DNA of 64,000 bases from Podarcis erhardii (lineage: Eukaryota). The notes beneath the pieces were generated by a model. It did no database searches, was not told where the DNA came from, and saw only the letters and a list, made by a program, of their open reading frames with translations. The stretch lies in assembly GCA_964252035.1 (NCBI GenBank), contig OZ176204.1. One strand, given 5' to 3'. Shown here one piece after another: positions 12,461-25,611 of this stretch; the stretch's first letter is position 1, and every line of letters starts with the position of its first letter. The translations under genes and the position numbers were made by a program.

Positions 12461-12970
12461 CATAGGCGCCGACTCCATGGGGCCTGAGGGGGCCCAAGCC
12501 CCCTCAAAAATTCGTTTGGGGGGGCTCCGCCCCCCCAATAATTTAAGAAAATTATTAGTTATATTATGCTTTGTAAAATCACAAAATTATGTTGGTATTT
12601 TTTATTTTCCTTGTTTGACGATAGTTACCTTTTAAAATACATTCAGTAATGAGTTAAAACAAAGCCACTCCCGATCTAGAGAGGGGATGGGGTTGCGGGC
12701 TCTCGACCCATCAACAATCCAACTGAATCCAAGAAGCGGGGATTCCCCCTAGCTCATTAATATTCACCGCCCACCGCCCACGGCGGCAGCCAATCGGCTG
12801 CCGCAAAGGGCGGGCCCTCACAGGTTCACTTAAGGTCGGGGCAGCCCGGGGCTCGCCCCTTTCATTCCCCCAGCAGCAGCGGTTTGGAGGTCTTGGGCCC
12901 CCCCAATATTTTTTATAAGTCGGTATGGGCCCCCGCCCCCCCCAATATTTTTTATAAGTCGGCGCCCCTG
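12461..12970. mobile_element. hAT-type non-autonomous element, CpG-rich
   Basis: gtcacact|CATAGGCGCCGAC...GTCGGCGCCCCTG|gtcacact: perfect 8-bp TSD; duplicated right subterminal block. Confidence 0.9.
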
Positions 12971-13911
12971 GTCACACTCCTCTTTCGCCCCCCCCCCCGT
13001 CAGGGTTCAGAGGCTGCTCAGCAATTCACTTCCAAAAGCTCTGTGTCCTCTTTAAATTAATAATTCCTATTGGCTAAAACCATTTTTAAACAGTGGGTGT
13101 CTGCTTCATTTTGCACCAGCTTTTTCATATTTGCATCTGTACTGTGTTTAGTATGTGGTTATACATATTTAGACCCTGGAAACAAATGGATGCTTTCTTG
13201 GTGTGTCAGGGCCTATGCAGGGTTAAGAGAGAGATTTTAAAAACCTGGATTTATGAAAGCAACCCTGGGGGTCCTCAATCCAGAGTGAGATTGCAACATG
13301 GCAGGATGTCGTTGTCATTGTCATTTATTTATTTTTAACCATTTCCCCCATGTTGTTTTCCTGCTGAAAATCACCCCCTTGTGGTTTCTGTCCCCCCGCC
13401 TAAAATTGCACAGTAATGAATAGCAACTTTGTGAGGTATTTTCAGCAGGGAAATGGGTCCCCTGCTAGAGTGTGGGCCTTATCAGGTCCCCCACAAGGCC
13501 AGACTCTGGTGCTGTGCCTGGGTCCTCAGCCCAGCCCCTGAGAACAAACAACTGATTCTTAGTTTCCCACAAACAGTATGCGAAACCTTGGTTGAAAACG
13601 TGGCTGGTAGTTTAGATTTCAGGCATCTAGGTTAAAATTCTGCAACATTCCTCCAAACCATCAGAATGGTTTGTCACTTGGCATGGTTTGCACTTCACAA
13701 ACTATGAGCCAAAAAGCCAAAGCCTGAACATAGCTAAGCCACAGGCTTGGGTTTGCCCAACACATCAAGGCAACTAGAGCTTCATTTAGCTCAGTGCAGC
13801 AGCAGAACAATTGGGAAGGAGCACAGAAATCACAACCACCTCTCTCAGAGGCTGCACACTCACATGATTGCCCTGGGCTTAGCATGGCTTGCAAGCCTGG
13901 TCTCCAAACTA

Positions 13912-14153
13912 CAGTGGTACCTCGGGTTACATACGCTTCAGGTTACATACGCTTCAGGTTACAGACTCCGCTAACCCAGAAATAGTACCACGGGTTAAGA
14001 ACTTTGCTTCAGGATGAGAACAGAAATCGTGCTCTGGCGGCACAGTGGCAGCAGGAGGCCCCATTAGCTAAAGTGGTGCTTCAGGTTAAGAACAGTTTCA
14101 GGTTAAGAACGGACCTCCAGAACGAATTAAGTACTTAACCCGAGGTACCACTG
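13912..14153. mobile_element. Tc1/mariner-type MITE, family A
   Basis: TA|CAGTGGTACCTCGGGTTA...TAACCCGAGGTACCACTG|TA; TA target duplication, no ORF. Confidence 0.9.
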
Positions 14154-14816
14154 TAAAGTGGAACTTCCTGGAAGTTTTTTGGGATCCAAAATCATTTGGA
14201 GTGCCCATGAAATGACCATATGCTGCCACCCAGTGGAGTCTGTTAACATAATCCATGGAAAGAACTGTTTTTCTAAAATGTGTTGTGTGGGAAGAAAAAT
14301 TAAAATATATAGTTTCAGCCTTAGAATGAAGTAAACAGGGACAATATGGAAGTAAATGCTATTAAATCAGTCCTATTTGTACTGCGTCCCTCACTTCCTT
14401 TTGCAAAAAGGAAAATGGTGGTAGTGGTTGTGATTAAAATCTAATGCTTAGCTGACCAAATTCTTTATTCCTCATTCGTGTAATGCCTTACTCTCTTCCA
14501 AGTCCAGCCTTGCCATTAGGCAGGCCTCAGGCAGCTGATCTGAGGTGTCATTACCATATTTTTTATTATGGAAGAGGGCTTATTTATGGAATCCTATACA
14601 TTCCATCCCATGCAAAAATTCCATTGTCTTTTGAAATCTTTTCAGGTGAATTGAATTATTAGCTCCCTTTTTGGTTCTTTATCTGGTCAAAAATGAGACA
14701 GTCATTTCCTTCAGCTTGTCAACAGCAACAACAACAAAAACCCTCTCATTTGACTCTCCTTTTCAGATTAAAACCTTGAGGTCAGTCCTTGACGTCTGAC
14801 ATTTTTTCTTCCTTAG

Positions 14817-15046
14817 GGAATAACCACAATATAGACAGTGTCATATACAGGTGGAACGCCAGGACAGGCCTTTTTGAAACCAACCAGACCATTCCTACCT
14901 CGGGAGCCTACGACTGGGAATTTTTCAGCATTGGGCCTTATTCCTTCCTCGTGGTGGCCAACACATTTAATGGAACATCCACCACAATCAACTCTCACAT
15001 CTACATTTGGCTCAGTGGAGCCTTCCAGCTCTTCCAGTCAATACTG
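14817..15046 (+). CDS. TSPEAR: TSPEAR coding exon (~exon 9)
   Basis: ccttag|GG...CTG|gtaaga; (G)[54 protein letters not shown]...FQLFQSIL; 230 nt. Confidence 0.96.
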
Positions 15047-18000
15047 GTAAGATATTGAGTAGGAAAACCAATGTAATTGTTTGATTGCTTGGGCAATGTA
15101 TTTTGCTCTGAACACCACAGTGGATATACCCTATATAAGCATAGGGTAGGTGGGTGTGCTGATTTTTATACACAGTTCTGTATTCATGAAGCTGCACTGA
15201 ATGCTGCCACTGCCACCAAAATGACATAGCCAAAGATTTCCCTTCCATTCATATATGTCAGTACTGAAGTCAGTTGCACACAGGTAATGAAAACTGTACA
15301 TGCAGATGTGACTGCAAATCAGGAGGATGCAAGTATAGATATGCACTGTGCAATCTATTGTCTGTATCCCCCTCAGTGCAGGTTGTCTTGAGTCACCATA
15401 TACCAACTTTTGTGTTACTTGTTTTAATGGGACTGCAAAATAAAAGTGTGGGGTCATCCTTCCTTGATTTATTTTTCCCTTAGTGCTGATCAGCAGCATC
15501 ACTGAGTATGCTAACTGGTCATATTAGCATGTGTTAATATGCACAGTTACAGCTGTGTGTGTTTTTAAGTTCTGTTGGAATCTGTAACATTAGAGATTAA
15601 GTTCATTGGGGGACAGGTAAATGGCAAATAAAATCATGCTTGAATTCCGCTCCTCCCCCTCCCCCTCCCCCGCAACCTGATGCCCTCCAGATGTTTTGGA
15701 CTGTAACTACCATAATGGCTGGAGCCGATAGGAACTGAAGTCTCCGACATTGAAAAGTTGGCATTTTTTTACTTCTTCAAATGTAATGGGTTTTTCTCTG
15801 TCCCATCCTGAGCTTGGCTACCCATCTGCTGGGATTTATTTATGAGCCACCCCAGTCAGCAGCTGTTGCCTGAATGAGTTTGCTAAAGTGTTTGAAGGCA
15901 AAAAAGAGCAGGTTGTCTAAGGCAGCCAATAAAGTAGCAAGATAGGGCATGCTGCCTGTCCTGAGGTCAGGGTGAGCGCGACCTCAGGCCACTTCAGTTC
16001 AGATGAAGGGAGTTGCTACTTCCCTGTTCCCCACCTGCTGCCCGTGGTCTCAGCAATCACGTGGATCTCCTTCCTGACTCCTGCTCCCTTTGGGCCTCCA
16101 TGCTTCGTCATGCGCAATTCCTTCCCACAAGTCCCCCTGCTCCTGTGTTACTACTGAGGCACATCTCAGTCGCCCTGGCAACCAGGCCAGCTTCCCAGCT
16201 GGAGATGGCAGCTGTGGTGGAGAGCATTCCGGTTGCCATGGCAATGTCACAGCTGTTCTTGGTCTTGCCATTCTGCAGTGCTCATCCCGCTGGCCCAGAG
16301 AGAGATACTTTTGGCCTCACCTTCCTCTTTCCGTGAGGTAATTGAGGTCACCACTGCTGAGCCTCACAAAAAAAAAAAAAATGGCAGCACTTGGGCCAGA
16401 GGCTCAGGCAAATGGGGAACAGCAAGATACAGGAGGGGCTGATACAGTTCCTTGAGGGAGCCAACAAAAATTTGGAGCTGGCCCTTGTTTTCCTTCATGG
16501 AATAATGCTTTAGGAATGATTCCTTATGTTGGAAAACTATTGGAAAATGCTTCACTGGGATAAAAAATGCACATGGATTTTTCTGGCAAGCAAGCTGCCT
16601 ATGGGACTCTTAAATCTGCATCCATACAGCAATTTATTCCATTTCCCCATTACCCTAATTGTTAATTTCTGCATTATATTTGAACTTCCACACACTGAAA
16701 AAGCCATTTCCAGGAATATAGAGCAAGTTCATAGATTGTTTCCATGTTGTTTGCAAGCAGGTTTTTTTTATCTGGAAGCAGATTACATGGAGATGCTATA
16801 CTTGCACTGTAGATTTCTAGAAGGGCTTGCTTTTAATGCCATGTGAAAGCTCAAACTGCTGTGTGAATGAAGTCAAGTTCCAGTCTCAAGGAACTTTGAA
16901 GAATCTACATGGATTTTCAGCTTTGGCACAATATTTTCTGGCTACGTTCCTTCATAAATACGTAGAAAACTGCTCTATACTGAGCGAGACCTTTGGTCCA
17001 TTTAGCTCAGTGCTTTTAGCAGCAGCTCTCCAGGATTTCAGAGAGGAAGCTTTTCCCATTCTTACCTGAATCTGCCAGGGGTTGAGCCAGACACTTTCTT
17101 CAGACAAAGCAGATGCTCTGCCATTAAGCTACAGCCTTCGAAGTATTGCAATGGAGGAAAGACCATTGCCTCATTGAGACCACCCATAGATCAGTGTAGA
17201 TGTTCAGCAAAGGCAACCCTATTTCACGTGAGCTATGTTAGAAAATGGGTGGGTTTGCATGCATCATTTAACACAGCTCTGGAAATTGTGCTACTAGTTA
17301 AGAGCAGAGGACTGAGTTACATTTGTCCCTAGTAGGGCTGCTACTAAGATAATGTCCTAGTGCAAGGGAATGTCATGCATGAAAGAAGAGAGCAGGAAGA
17401 AGCATTTGCCAGACATTCTGCTAGCAATATTTCCAGTGGAACCCAGCTGTGCAGGAAGCAGAATGGAACGTGGTTTTGCATTCTTCATAATTGTGAACAC
17501 CGAGGGGTTTCCAAGTAAAAACCAAGTGAGTGAACATGCCAACATATCTGGACAGCTTTCTAAAATTGGGACCCCCACCAGACCTTCCTTCTCATTGCCA
17601 ACTAACTGCTGGGTCTGCTTCTGCAAGAGTTACGTGGCTACTCAAACCCTCTTGTACACCAGGCTGCAGGGGAGAAATGTCATTCCTAGAGCAGGAAGAA
17701 AGAAATGGTTTTTGAATGAGAGTGGCAGGGGAGGAGGGTAGCCCATCTTAGTTTTGGTAGAATTTTCCTTTTAAAAAGGCGATATGAGCACTAATACGGA
17801 AAAGAAGAAAAGCATTCACCTTTTAAAAAAACAACCAAAAATGAAAAAAAAAACCAAGCCAAAAATGCTTCCAAAATGGCTTGGGCATTTGGTGAATGGA
17901 TTGGTGGTTGGAGTTTTATTTTATTTTCATGAGCAGAGGTCACAGGAACTGGGCAATAAGTGCCTGTGGCAGTATCCCAATCACCTTACACCAGGGATGA

Positions 18001-18275
18001 GTAGCCTTTGGCTCTTCATAGCTTCGTGGCTGGGGCTGGTTGGAGTCCAGTTGGAAAGCTGCTGGTTCCCCATCCCAGGCTTACACACACTACCCTCAGC
18101 CTTTATTAAGAGAGAGAAGAATCAGGTATGCAAGCAATTGTGGTTTGTCATTCAGTTGCTGGCAAAATCAGTCTTCAAAGTCCAGCCTAAAAGGATGATG
18201 TCTGCACTGCTTGTCGCCAAAAGGTTATGACAGTGGTGTTAATAAAATTCTTACTGTATGTAGAAGCCCTTAATG

Positions 18276-18640
18276 CAGGAATGGGGAACCTTTTTCAGCC
18301 TAAGGGCCACATTCACTCATGGGTCAGCTTCTGGGGGCCACATACCAGTGGTGGGTGTGGCCACAGGCAAAAAGTAGGTGGAGCAACAGTGTGGTTGTTG
18401 CCTTTGTGCAGTAGGCTACATTCAATCCATGTACATGAGATGTTCTACATACATCTCTCCATCCAGACACAATTCAAGGACATATTCTAGCAAGGCAAAA
18501 ACTCTCAAGGATGGGATGGAGTAAGGCCAGAGTGGGGCATGGCCTGGAGAGGGTGAACAGCCTAGATAGCACCTTGAGGCCTAGACAGAGTGGCCCACAG
18601 GGCTGAATGTGGCCCCCAAGCCTGAGGTTTCCCACCCCTG
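18276..18640. mobile_element. hAT-type MITE
   Basis: ccttaatg|CAGGAATGGGGAACC...GGTTTCCCACCCCTG|ctttaatg (7/8 TSD); related fragments at ~840-918 and ~36590-37050. Confidence 0.75.
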
Positions 18641-18796
18641 CTTTAATGGAAACTGATGTGCATGTGCTGAATGGCTTCCCTGAGGGAAAGTCGAGGTCTG
18701 GATTATTCTCCTCCATGTATTGTGTTGGATGCATTCTTCTGCAGTTGCTGCTCATTTTCTGAAAAGCTTTTATTCACACCTTCTCTTTTGGTCTAG

Positions 18797-18978
18797 ACTT
18801 TTGGTGCTGCTGACTGGGAAGTCTTCCAGATCCAAGACAGGGTCTTCCTCGCTCTGGCAAACAGCTATGACAGTACAATTGTTGCCCCAAACAACAGCTT
18901 TGCCATCAATTCTTCCATCTATGAGCTTAACATTACTGCACAGATGTTTGTCAAGTTCCAGGACATTCTTACCTACAG
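18797..18978 (+). CDS. TSPEAR: TSPEAR coding exon (~exon 10)
   Basis: ggtctag|ACT...TAC AG|gtgcct (weak donor); [60 protein letters not shown]; 182 nt. Confidence 0.93.
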
Positions 18979-19290
18979 GTGCCTCCTTTATGTATTGCTG
19001 AAAACACCAGCTTTGTGTCATTTTGATAATAGAATGTGTTTCGGTCTGCCAGAATGTTTTGATTCTTTTTTTAAAAAATTGTAAGACTGCAGTCCAAAAT
19101 GTGTTCTTAAATTGATCTAGGTGGTCGAAACGTATAATTGAAAGATGAAAACGCTCACTTCTTTTAAAATAGTCTGATTTTGGGAAATGATTTTAAAAAT
19201 GTATTCTAAATAGTAAATGGAAAGAGGATGTTTTCCCAGGCAGTTATCCCGTTGTTGTAATCTCTTTTGTTTGGTTGGTTTCTGCTGCAG

Positions 19291-19392
19291 TGCTGTGGAT
19301 TGGGAGTTCTTTTCAGTTGGAGAAGATAACTTTTTGGTGGTAGCAAATTCATTTGATGGTGTGACCTTTGCTGTAAACAGCATTATTTACAG
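19291..19392 (+). CDS. TSPEAR: TSPEAR coding exon (~exon 11)
   Basis: gctgcag|T...TAC AG|gtaagt; (S)[33 protein letters not shown]; 102 nt. Confidence 0.95.
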
Positions 19393-19492
19393 GTAAGTAG
19401 GTGCACAACCCCCCTCAGTGTCATAGCTTGAGTCATACTTGATTATTTTCATAGTGAATGAAAGCGGAACTAGTAAAAGCACTAGTAAAAAG

Positions 19493-19842
19493 GGAAGGTA
19501 AAGGTAAAGGACCCCTGGGTTGTTAAGTCCAGTCAAAGGCAACTATGGAGTTGCAGCGCAGGCTGAGGGAGCTTTCAGGCTGAGGGAGCCGGCATTTGTC
19601 CACAGACAGGTCATGTGGCCAGCATGACTAAACCACTACTGCTGCATGGAGGACCATGATGAGTGCCAGAGCACACAGAAACGCCTTCCTGCCGCAGCGG
19701 TACCTATTTATCTACTTGCACTGGCATGCTTTTGAACTGCTAGGTTGGCAGGAGCTGGGACAGAGCAATGGGAGCTTACCCTGTTGAGGGTTCAAACCGC
19801 TGACCTTCCAAGAGGCTCAGTGGTTTAGACCACAGCACCACC
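19493..19842 (-). mobile_element. Sauria SINE (Squam1-type)
   Basis: Starts with aaggtaaaggtaaaggacccct (reverse complement of the (ACCTTT)n tail); body homologous to 56637-57000 in the opposite orientation. Confidence 0.85.
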
Positions 19843-21712
19843 TTATGATGGTAACTAATATAGGAAGGAAAATCAATCTGATCTCAACCTGTGGGGCCGT
19901 GTTATTGTAAGGGTCTGGATGCAAATGGATATGCATATGTAAATACCATAGATCAAATATCACAGGCAGAATTTTCTTTTCACCTGCTTAGGTCACATAA
20001 AACAAAATGCACTCTTCCCTCACATTCTACTTGGAATAATTAAAGGGTATACATATGTGCACTAGCCCTCAATACATTGAAACACCAGATCCAGGAACTA
20101 TCCCAGGAGCATGTCACTGGATACCACTGTTGATTAGTTAATATTTACCCTTTAAGTACAATTTCCCAGACTGCTGAGTGACGAGAACCTGCTCGCCATC
20201 CGTAAATAATTTTCCCACAGCTGAGAACCCATGCTACCTGCCCGCAACATACTCTGCTACCTGTTACATATTTCAGAAGCTTTTCCAGGAGGATATAAAA
20301 TACACCACCTCTATTAAGTCAGCTACTTTATGAAAGAAGGAAACTAGGTCAGTCTGGCATCATTTGTTCTCAATAAGACCATGTGAACTGTTAATGATCA
20401 CTCGTTTGTTCTATTCAGTAACAGATGTACTGGTTTTTTTATTGTTTCCTCCACTTGATATTAAAACCAAACCAATTAGCTCTACTTCCCTGGGTTTTAT
20501 TCCTTCCATTAAAAAAAGACATGGTGTTTGATCTTCTCCATTCCTCTGGGACTAGCCAGACCAATCCAGTTTCCTTTTTGATCACACAACCAAAAAAGGA
20601 GAGCATAGCTGATGCATGTCCTCTGGGAGAAAGGATATGACTTGCAACAACTTGCTATGAAGACTGGCCTTGTGCATTGTACTGGAAACCTTAAGTGGAA
20701 GTGAATGGCCCTAAAATTATATCTGAATACTGTCAAGCAATAGCAGCCATCCACTATTGGATTCTGGACTTGATTGTGCAGTCCTGGAGAGGAGGGATAT
20801 ACAGTCAGGAATGGGTGTGGACAGAGGGGGCTGCGCATGCAGTTCATTCCCTAATACAATTGTTAGGACTGTTTTTCTTCCCTTCTGCCCCTCCCACTCC
20901 CTCTCAGGAACCGGCAGTGAATCATGGTGGAGGAAAGTCAAAAGGCAATGCAGCTCCACCTGTGTAGCCCTGCTGGCTACCACGACTCAGTCTGTTACCC
21001 CCAATTTGTGCCCACAGTACATTTCCCTTCCTAAGTCAATAGCACCACCATGTGAGTCTCTGAAAGCCACATAACTTTGTACACTAGGCTACATGCAGAA
21101 GTCACCTCTGAAAGCCAGAGGTGAGGAGCTTTAGGCTTAGGGGCCAAAAATGGCCCTCTGAGCCTCTCTGTTTAACTCTTGGGGCCAGCTCACCCCTTCA
21201 TCCCAGCCTATGCCTCCTCTCACGAAGCCACACCAGCTCACTGACTGTGCTCCACACACTTCTTAAGTGCTTTTGCCTGGCCAGGACATGTCATTGAATT
21301 GCGGCGATACCACTTGCTTACCTGAATGGTGGCTGGGGAGATGTGCTTTCTTTGTAAATCTACATATGATCCACTGTACAAAGGAAGAGACACACATCTG
21401 TTACACCACTCACATGTGTCCCCCAGAAGGGAATGTGGCCCCTGGGCGGAAAATGGTTTCCCACACTTGCTTTCAAGTGCTGCCTTGCGGCACAATGCCA
21501 GTGGCCCCTTCAAATATGATACAATTATACTGGGTGTTAGGAGCGTGTCCGCTGTCTATAAGGTAAGCTCTTTGAACTGGTGTTAAAGAAGCGCATTTCC
21601 TCACTAGGCCTTTTTCTGAATGGGAAAGCTGTTTGAAGGCAGTGGGGTAAAACGGATCCTGTGAGGTTGGTGATCATGAGCATTGAGTAACTCTTTTCTC
21701 TCTCTACTGTAG

Positions 21713-21866
21713 ATGGCAAGGATATGAAGGCTTTGTAGCTGTTCACCATCTTCCAACGTTTGGCTGTAGGGACTGGGAAGCTTTCACCACTGCAGCTGGC
21801 TCTTACCTCATGTATTCAAGTGCAAAAGAACCACTATCCAGGGTGCTGAAGCTGAAAACCTTTTGA
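21713..21866 (+). CDS. TSPEAR: TSPEAR last coding exon (~exon 12)
   Basis: actgtag|A TGG...TTT TGA; (R)[50 protein letters not shown]; 154 nt. Confidence 0.96.
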
Positions 21867-23200
21867 TCTGGACAGGGGTGCTTTGATTTGCTGCAAACAA
21901 GTGGGCAAGTCCGGACTTGTGAGGAACTACTTTGGCTACTCAGGGCTAGGATCAGGAATGCAGTACCAAAGAGTCACTGCCATGAATGCCAGAGATGCCT
22001 AGGGATAGATACCCAGGTTGCCTCTCTGGATTAGGCTGCTCAGGATTAGATTTCAAACCTGTTTTCCAATACCTGGAATGAGCTAGGAATATACATAACT
22101 TGGAGCTGGCCAGTGATATTAGTGAGTACAGTAACCTTGATTTCTCTCTCTCTCAGACGTACCACACCATCCATGCAAGACAAACACATGCCCACTTCTG
22201 AACACCTTCCAGACCTAAGGAGCTGCTAATATAATCCACAACCTTGTGGGCAACAGAAACTAGAAGATGCCTTTAGCACATTATGGGCTACTGACCCCCA
22301 ACTTAGCAATATGGAACAAATATAAGCATTTGGGTTCACTCCTTCCAGATTCCAGATGAATGCTTCCACTGCCATGTCACTTTATGGGAAGAGCTTCAGT
22401 GTGCACCATTTTGGCATATTCCAACCCACTGTGAGCTCCTGTGGATATTGCTGGATCCCTGAGAAAGATCCTAGTAGAATGGAAAGAAGATTCCTTAGGA
22501 TATGGATACGCTGTATGTAGCTTGAGAGCTTTGTGCTACAGCAAAGACTCAGCTGTTGTTTTTTCAAAGCTATTAAACCAGTTCGGGCAATTATTTATGG
22601 CTCTGGATTTTAGGAGTTCAAGGGAAAATATCTGGGCCTTGCTGAGAAAATCTGAAGCCCAATTACTCCCTTAATACAAAGTACTGCATTCACACCAGAG
22701 AAGATGCACAACCCATACTGGCTTGGGACGTCGTCATGCCAACAGTTGCACAGACCAGTGGGCTATGGTGAAAGCCCTGGCCTTACAAAGTGCCTCTGAT
22801 CTGTACATTAGTCTTCCACATTTTCAGCATAACTACAAGGAACGGAAAGTCAGATGTATTCTTGTTATGTTTAGGCTTTATGAACAGCTATTGTGGATTT
22901 CACAAAATGGTGCTTATTGACATTTGGAAAGCCATTAGTACCTTGTCATGTGGATCTGTGACACTTCTCTAGTAAGCTCTACTCCATTTTCATTGGTGCT
23001 TTCTCAGTCTTTGCTTACATGTTAGCTTGTGAATAATCCCCCCAAATATAACTAATTCTTGTTATTGCAAAGGATTTCAAATCATTAAATGATATGTTTA
23101 TATTGTATGAATTGCTACTATTGACAATAGCAGTTCTTATAGGGAGGTGGAATTATTATTTATTATCCAAAGAATATTTGCAATTTTGAAAGTAGCACCC

Positions 23201-23206
23201 AATAAA
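23201..23206 (+). terminator. Candidate TSPEAR polyadenylation signal (AATAAA)
   Basis: First canonical AATAAA I find downstream of the TSPEAR stop; ATTAAA variants also at ~22572 and ~23084. No transcript support. Confidence 0.3.
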
Positions 23207-24539
23207 ATTGACAGAGTGACTTTGATAACCTCAGGGGTTATTTTTTGTTAGCACTGTAGACCCAAACACCCATCTTAGCTGAAATAAGTGAACAAATGCA
23301 GTTCCAGTTGCCATAACACTCTAGGTCCACATTACCTGGCTACCAGACTTACCTAAGTCAGGTTCAGCTTTGTTTGCAAAAACACACTGAAGTAACAAAA
23401 CATAAAAGATGACTGCTGATTTTTACTATTACTTTGCATAATGCACAATTAATTTATGGAATTCACTGCCCCAGATTGTGGCTTTGGCCACTAGCATAGG
23501 TAAATCTCAAAGGGGATTAGAGATGAGAACATTTTACAGGGTCTGGAATGTGCTTATAATGCAGCCTACAAGGTGCAAGGATGAGTGAAGCAATCCCATT
23601 CCAAAGCATCCTATGCAATCACAACTCCTAGTGAGACGTTCTTGACCACTTATGTCAACTAATCCACTTATGTTAACTAATCTTATAATTTATATAGTTT
23701 AATTTTATAGATAGGTTTAACTAATTTTAGCTCAGGCTAAAACTAAAAAATAAAATGGTTGTGTTCCTTACCAAGCCCAGGAGGGGGCAATGAAGGAGAA
23801 TGTTCCAAAGGATGCTGTTAACAGTATGAAGGGGACTAAGCCAATTAGTGGGGTTTTTTAGTCGTGGCATTTTCTAGGTAGGTCTTTTGGGCAATATAAC
23901 CCTCATGCAGGAAATATGTGGGGTGTGTGAAGCAGTCTGAGGAAATGTTTGCCCTGTTCCTCCCATACCAGGCACAACAAACAGCAGCAAGCCTGACTTT
24001 ACTGTACTAGTAAGCGTACACTTAACCAGCAACAATGTAAGACTATTTTATCTGTCTAAAACAGGGAGCCTACATTCTGCACTCCAGATGTTGCTATGTT
24101 CCAGCTTCTCTAACCCTCAGCCATCATGGCAGGGATGATGGCAGCTGTAGTCCAACACATCTGGATGGCACACCACTGGCTACTCTGGACATACACCAAT
24201 ATTCCAGCTGGGAGTAGCTGTCTAGGGTCTCATGGAAGTTTTTCTCACCATCAGCTGTTACCTGATTCTTTTAACCGGAGGTGGCAGAGATTTAATCTTG
24301 GATCTTCTGCATTCAGAGCAGGGGCTGTTCTCGGTGAGTTGTGATCTCTAAAGTCAGTCAGAAAGCTGCTCCTGGTTCTCTGACCTAGATGATGTCACCT
24401 GTTTGTTACTTTCACATTTTGACAGTTCCTTTGAGGTGAGGGAATCTTAAGACAGTGCCAAGCTTTTTTGAAAAGGCAATGTGTGAAGAAGTCCAAACAT
24501 TTCGGCTAAACAGTGCTGTGGGTAGCTGTTGCCTAGGTA

Positions 24540-24571
24540 ACACACACACACACACACACACACATACACAC
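24540..24571. repeat. (CA)n microsatellite
   Basis: acacacacac...cacatacacac. Confidence 0.9.
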
Positions 24572-24879
24572 CAGGCACAAATAATGAGCAAAACCCTCCC
24601 AGCAAAACTTGCTAATTATTCCATTTCGGTTATAACCAAGTCCTACATTCATCTGCTTGAAATAAGATGAATGGTATCTTTATGGGCTGGCTTCCTGCCC
24701 CTAGACCCACAGAGTGGAATTGTTGCTGAAAAGATACTTGATTTAGGCTTGACAACACCTGATTTAAGCTTCAGCATAATGCGTACGACTGTTTTCCAGA
24801 CAATAAAGACACACACAACATACCAGATTTTATCCATTGTGCTTGCATTAGCTCTGATCCAGCATCAACAGCATAATAT

Positions 24880-25439
24880 AGCATCTAGATCAAGGGAACT
24901 AATAGTGCTACTGTATTCTGCTCTGGTCAGACCTCACCTGGAGTACTGTGTCCAGTTCTGGGCACCACAGTTCAAGAAGGACACTGACAAACTGGAACGT
25001 GTCCAGAGGAGGGCAACCAAAATGGTCAAAGGCCTGGAAACGATGCCTTATGAGGAACGGCTAAGGGAGCTGGGCATGTTTAGCCTGGAGAAGAGGAGGT
25101 TAAGGGGTGATGTTTAGCCATGTTCAAATATATAAAAGGATGTCACATAGAGGAGGGAGAAAGGTTGTTTTCTGCTGCTCCAGAGAAGCGGACATGGAGC
25201 AATGGTTCCAAACTACAAGAAAGAAGATTCCACCTAAACATTAGGAAGAACTTCCTGACAGTAAGAGCTGTTCGACAGTGGAATTTGCTGCCAAGGAGTG
25301 TGGTGGAGTCTCCTTCTTTGGAGGTCTTTAAGCAGAGGCTTGACAACCATATGTCAGGAGTGCTCTGATGGTGTTTCCTGCTTGGCAGGGGGTTGGACTC
25401 GATGGCCCTTGTGGTCTCTTCCAACTCTATGATTCTATG
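24880..25439 (+). mobile_element. 5'-truncated CR1 LINE
   Basis: ORFs 24671..25117 and 25120..25368 give the CR1 RT C-terminus ([24 protein letters not shown]...LEKRRLRGD; RFHLNIRKNFLTVRAVRQWNLLPRSVVESPSLEVFKQRLD) with a break at gatgtttagccatg; ctctatgattctatg tail; possible taatat TSD. Confidence 0.93.
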
Positions 25440-25611
25440 TTTCTAATATGTCATCCTTATGTATAATGGATGCAGGTAATCATCTTGTCAGGGAAAGGAT
25501 ATCACTTTTTAAAAGGATATACAACTTCTTTAAAAAATGTGCAGTAGGAGTGCTCCAGCACTGTATCTGCGGGCGGGGGTGGGGGGGTAGTCACACTCGA
25601 CAAGAAAATTA

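Larger units (their letters stand above)
1040..21866 (+). other. TSPEAR: TSPEAR gene, partial (coding exons ~4-12; laminin-G/TSP-N C-terminal part plus EAR repeats); 5' exons lie upstream of the window
   Basis: Nine GT-AG exons (91, 157, 132, 233, 187, 230, 182, 102, 154 nt) join in frame: 1468 nt = 1 nt + 488 codons + TGA. The peptide matches recalled human TSPEAR throughout, e.g. FLAVANF...[43 protein letters not shown]. Confidence 0.97.

Noticed and set aside
14767-14780. 14-nt micro-exon (tttcag|attaaaaccttgag|gtcagt) upstream of TSPEAR exon ~9
   Set aside because: The following intron would be only 36 nt, too short to splice, and inclusion would shift the frame.
1131-21712. Nested keratin-associated protein (KRTAP) genes as in the human TSPEAR locus
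   Set aside because: No Cys-rich single-exon repeat ORFs were seen in these introns; the human cluster lies toward the 5' end of TSPEAR, which is outside this window.
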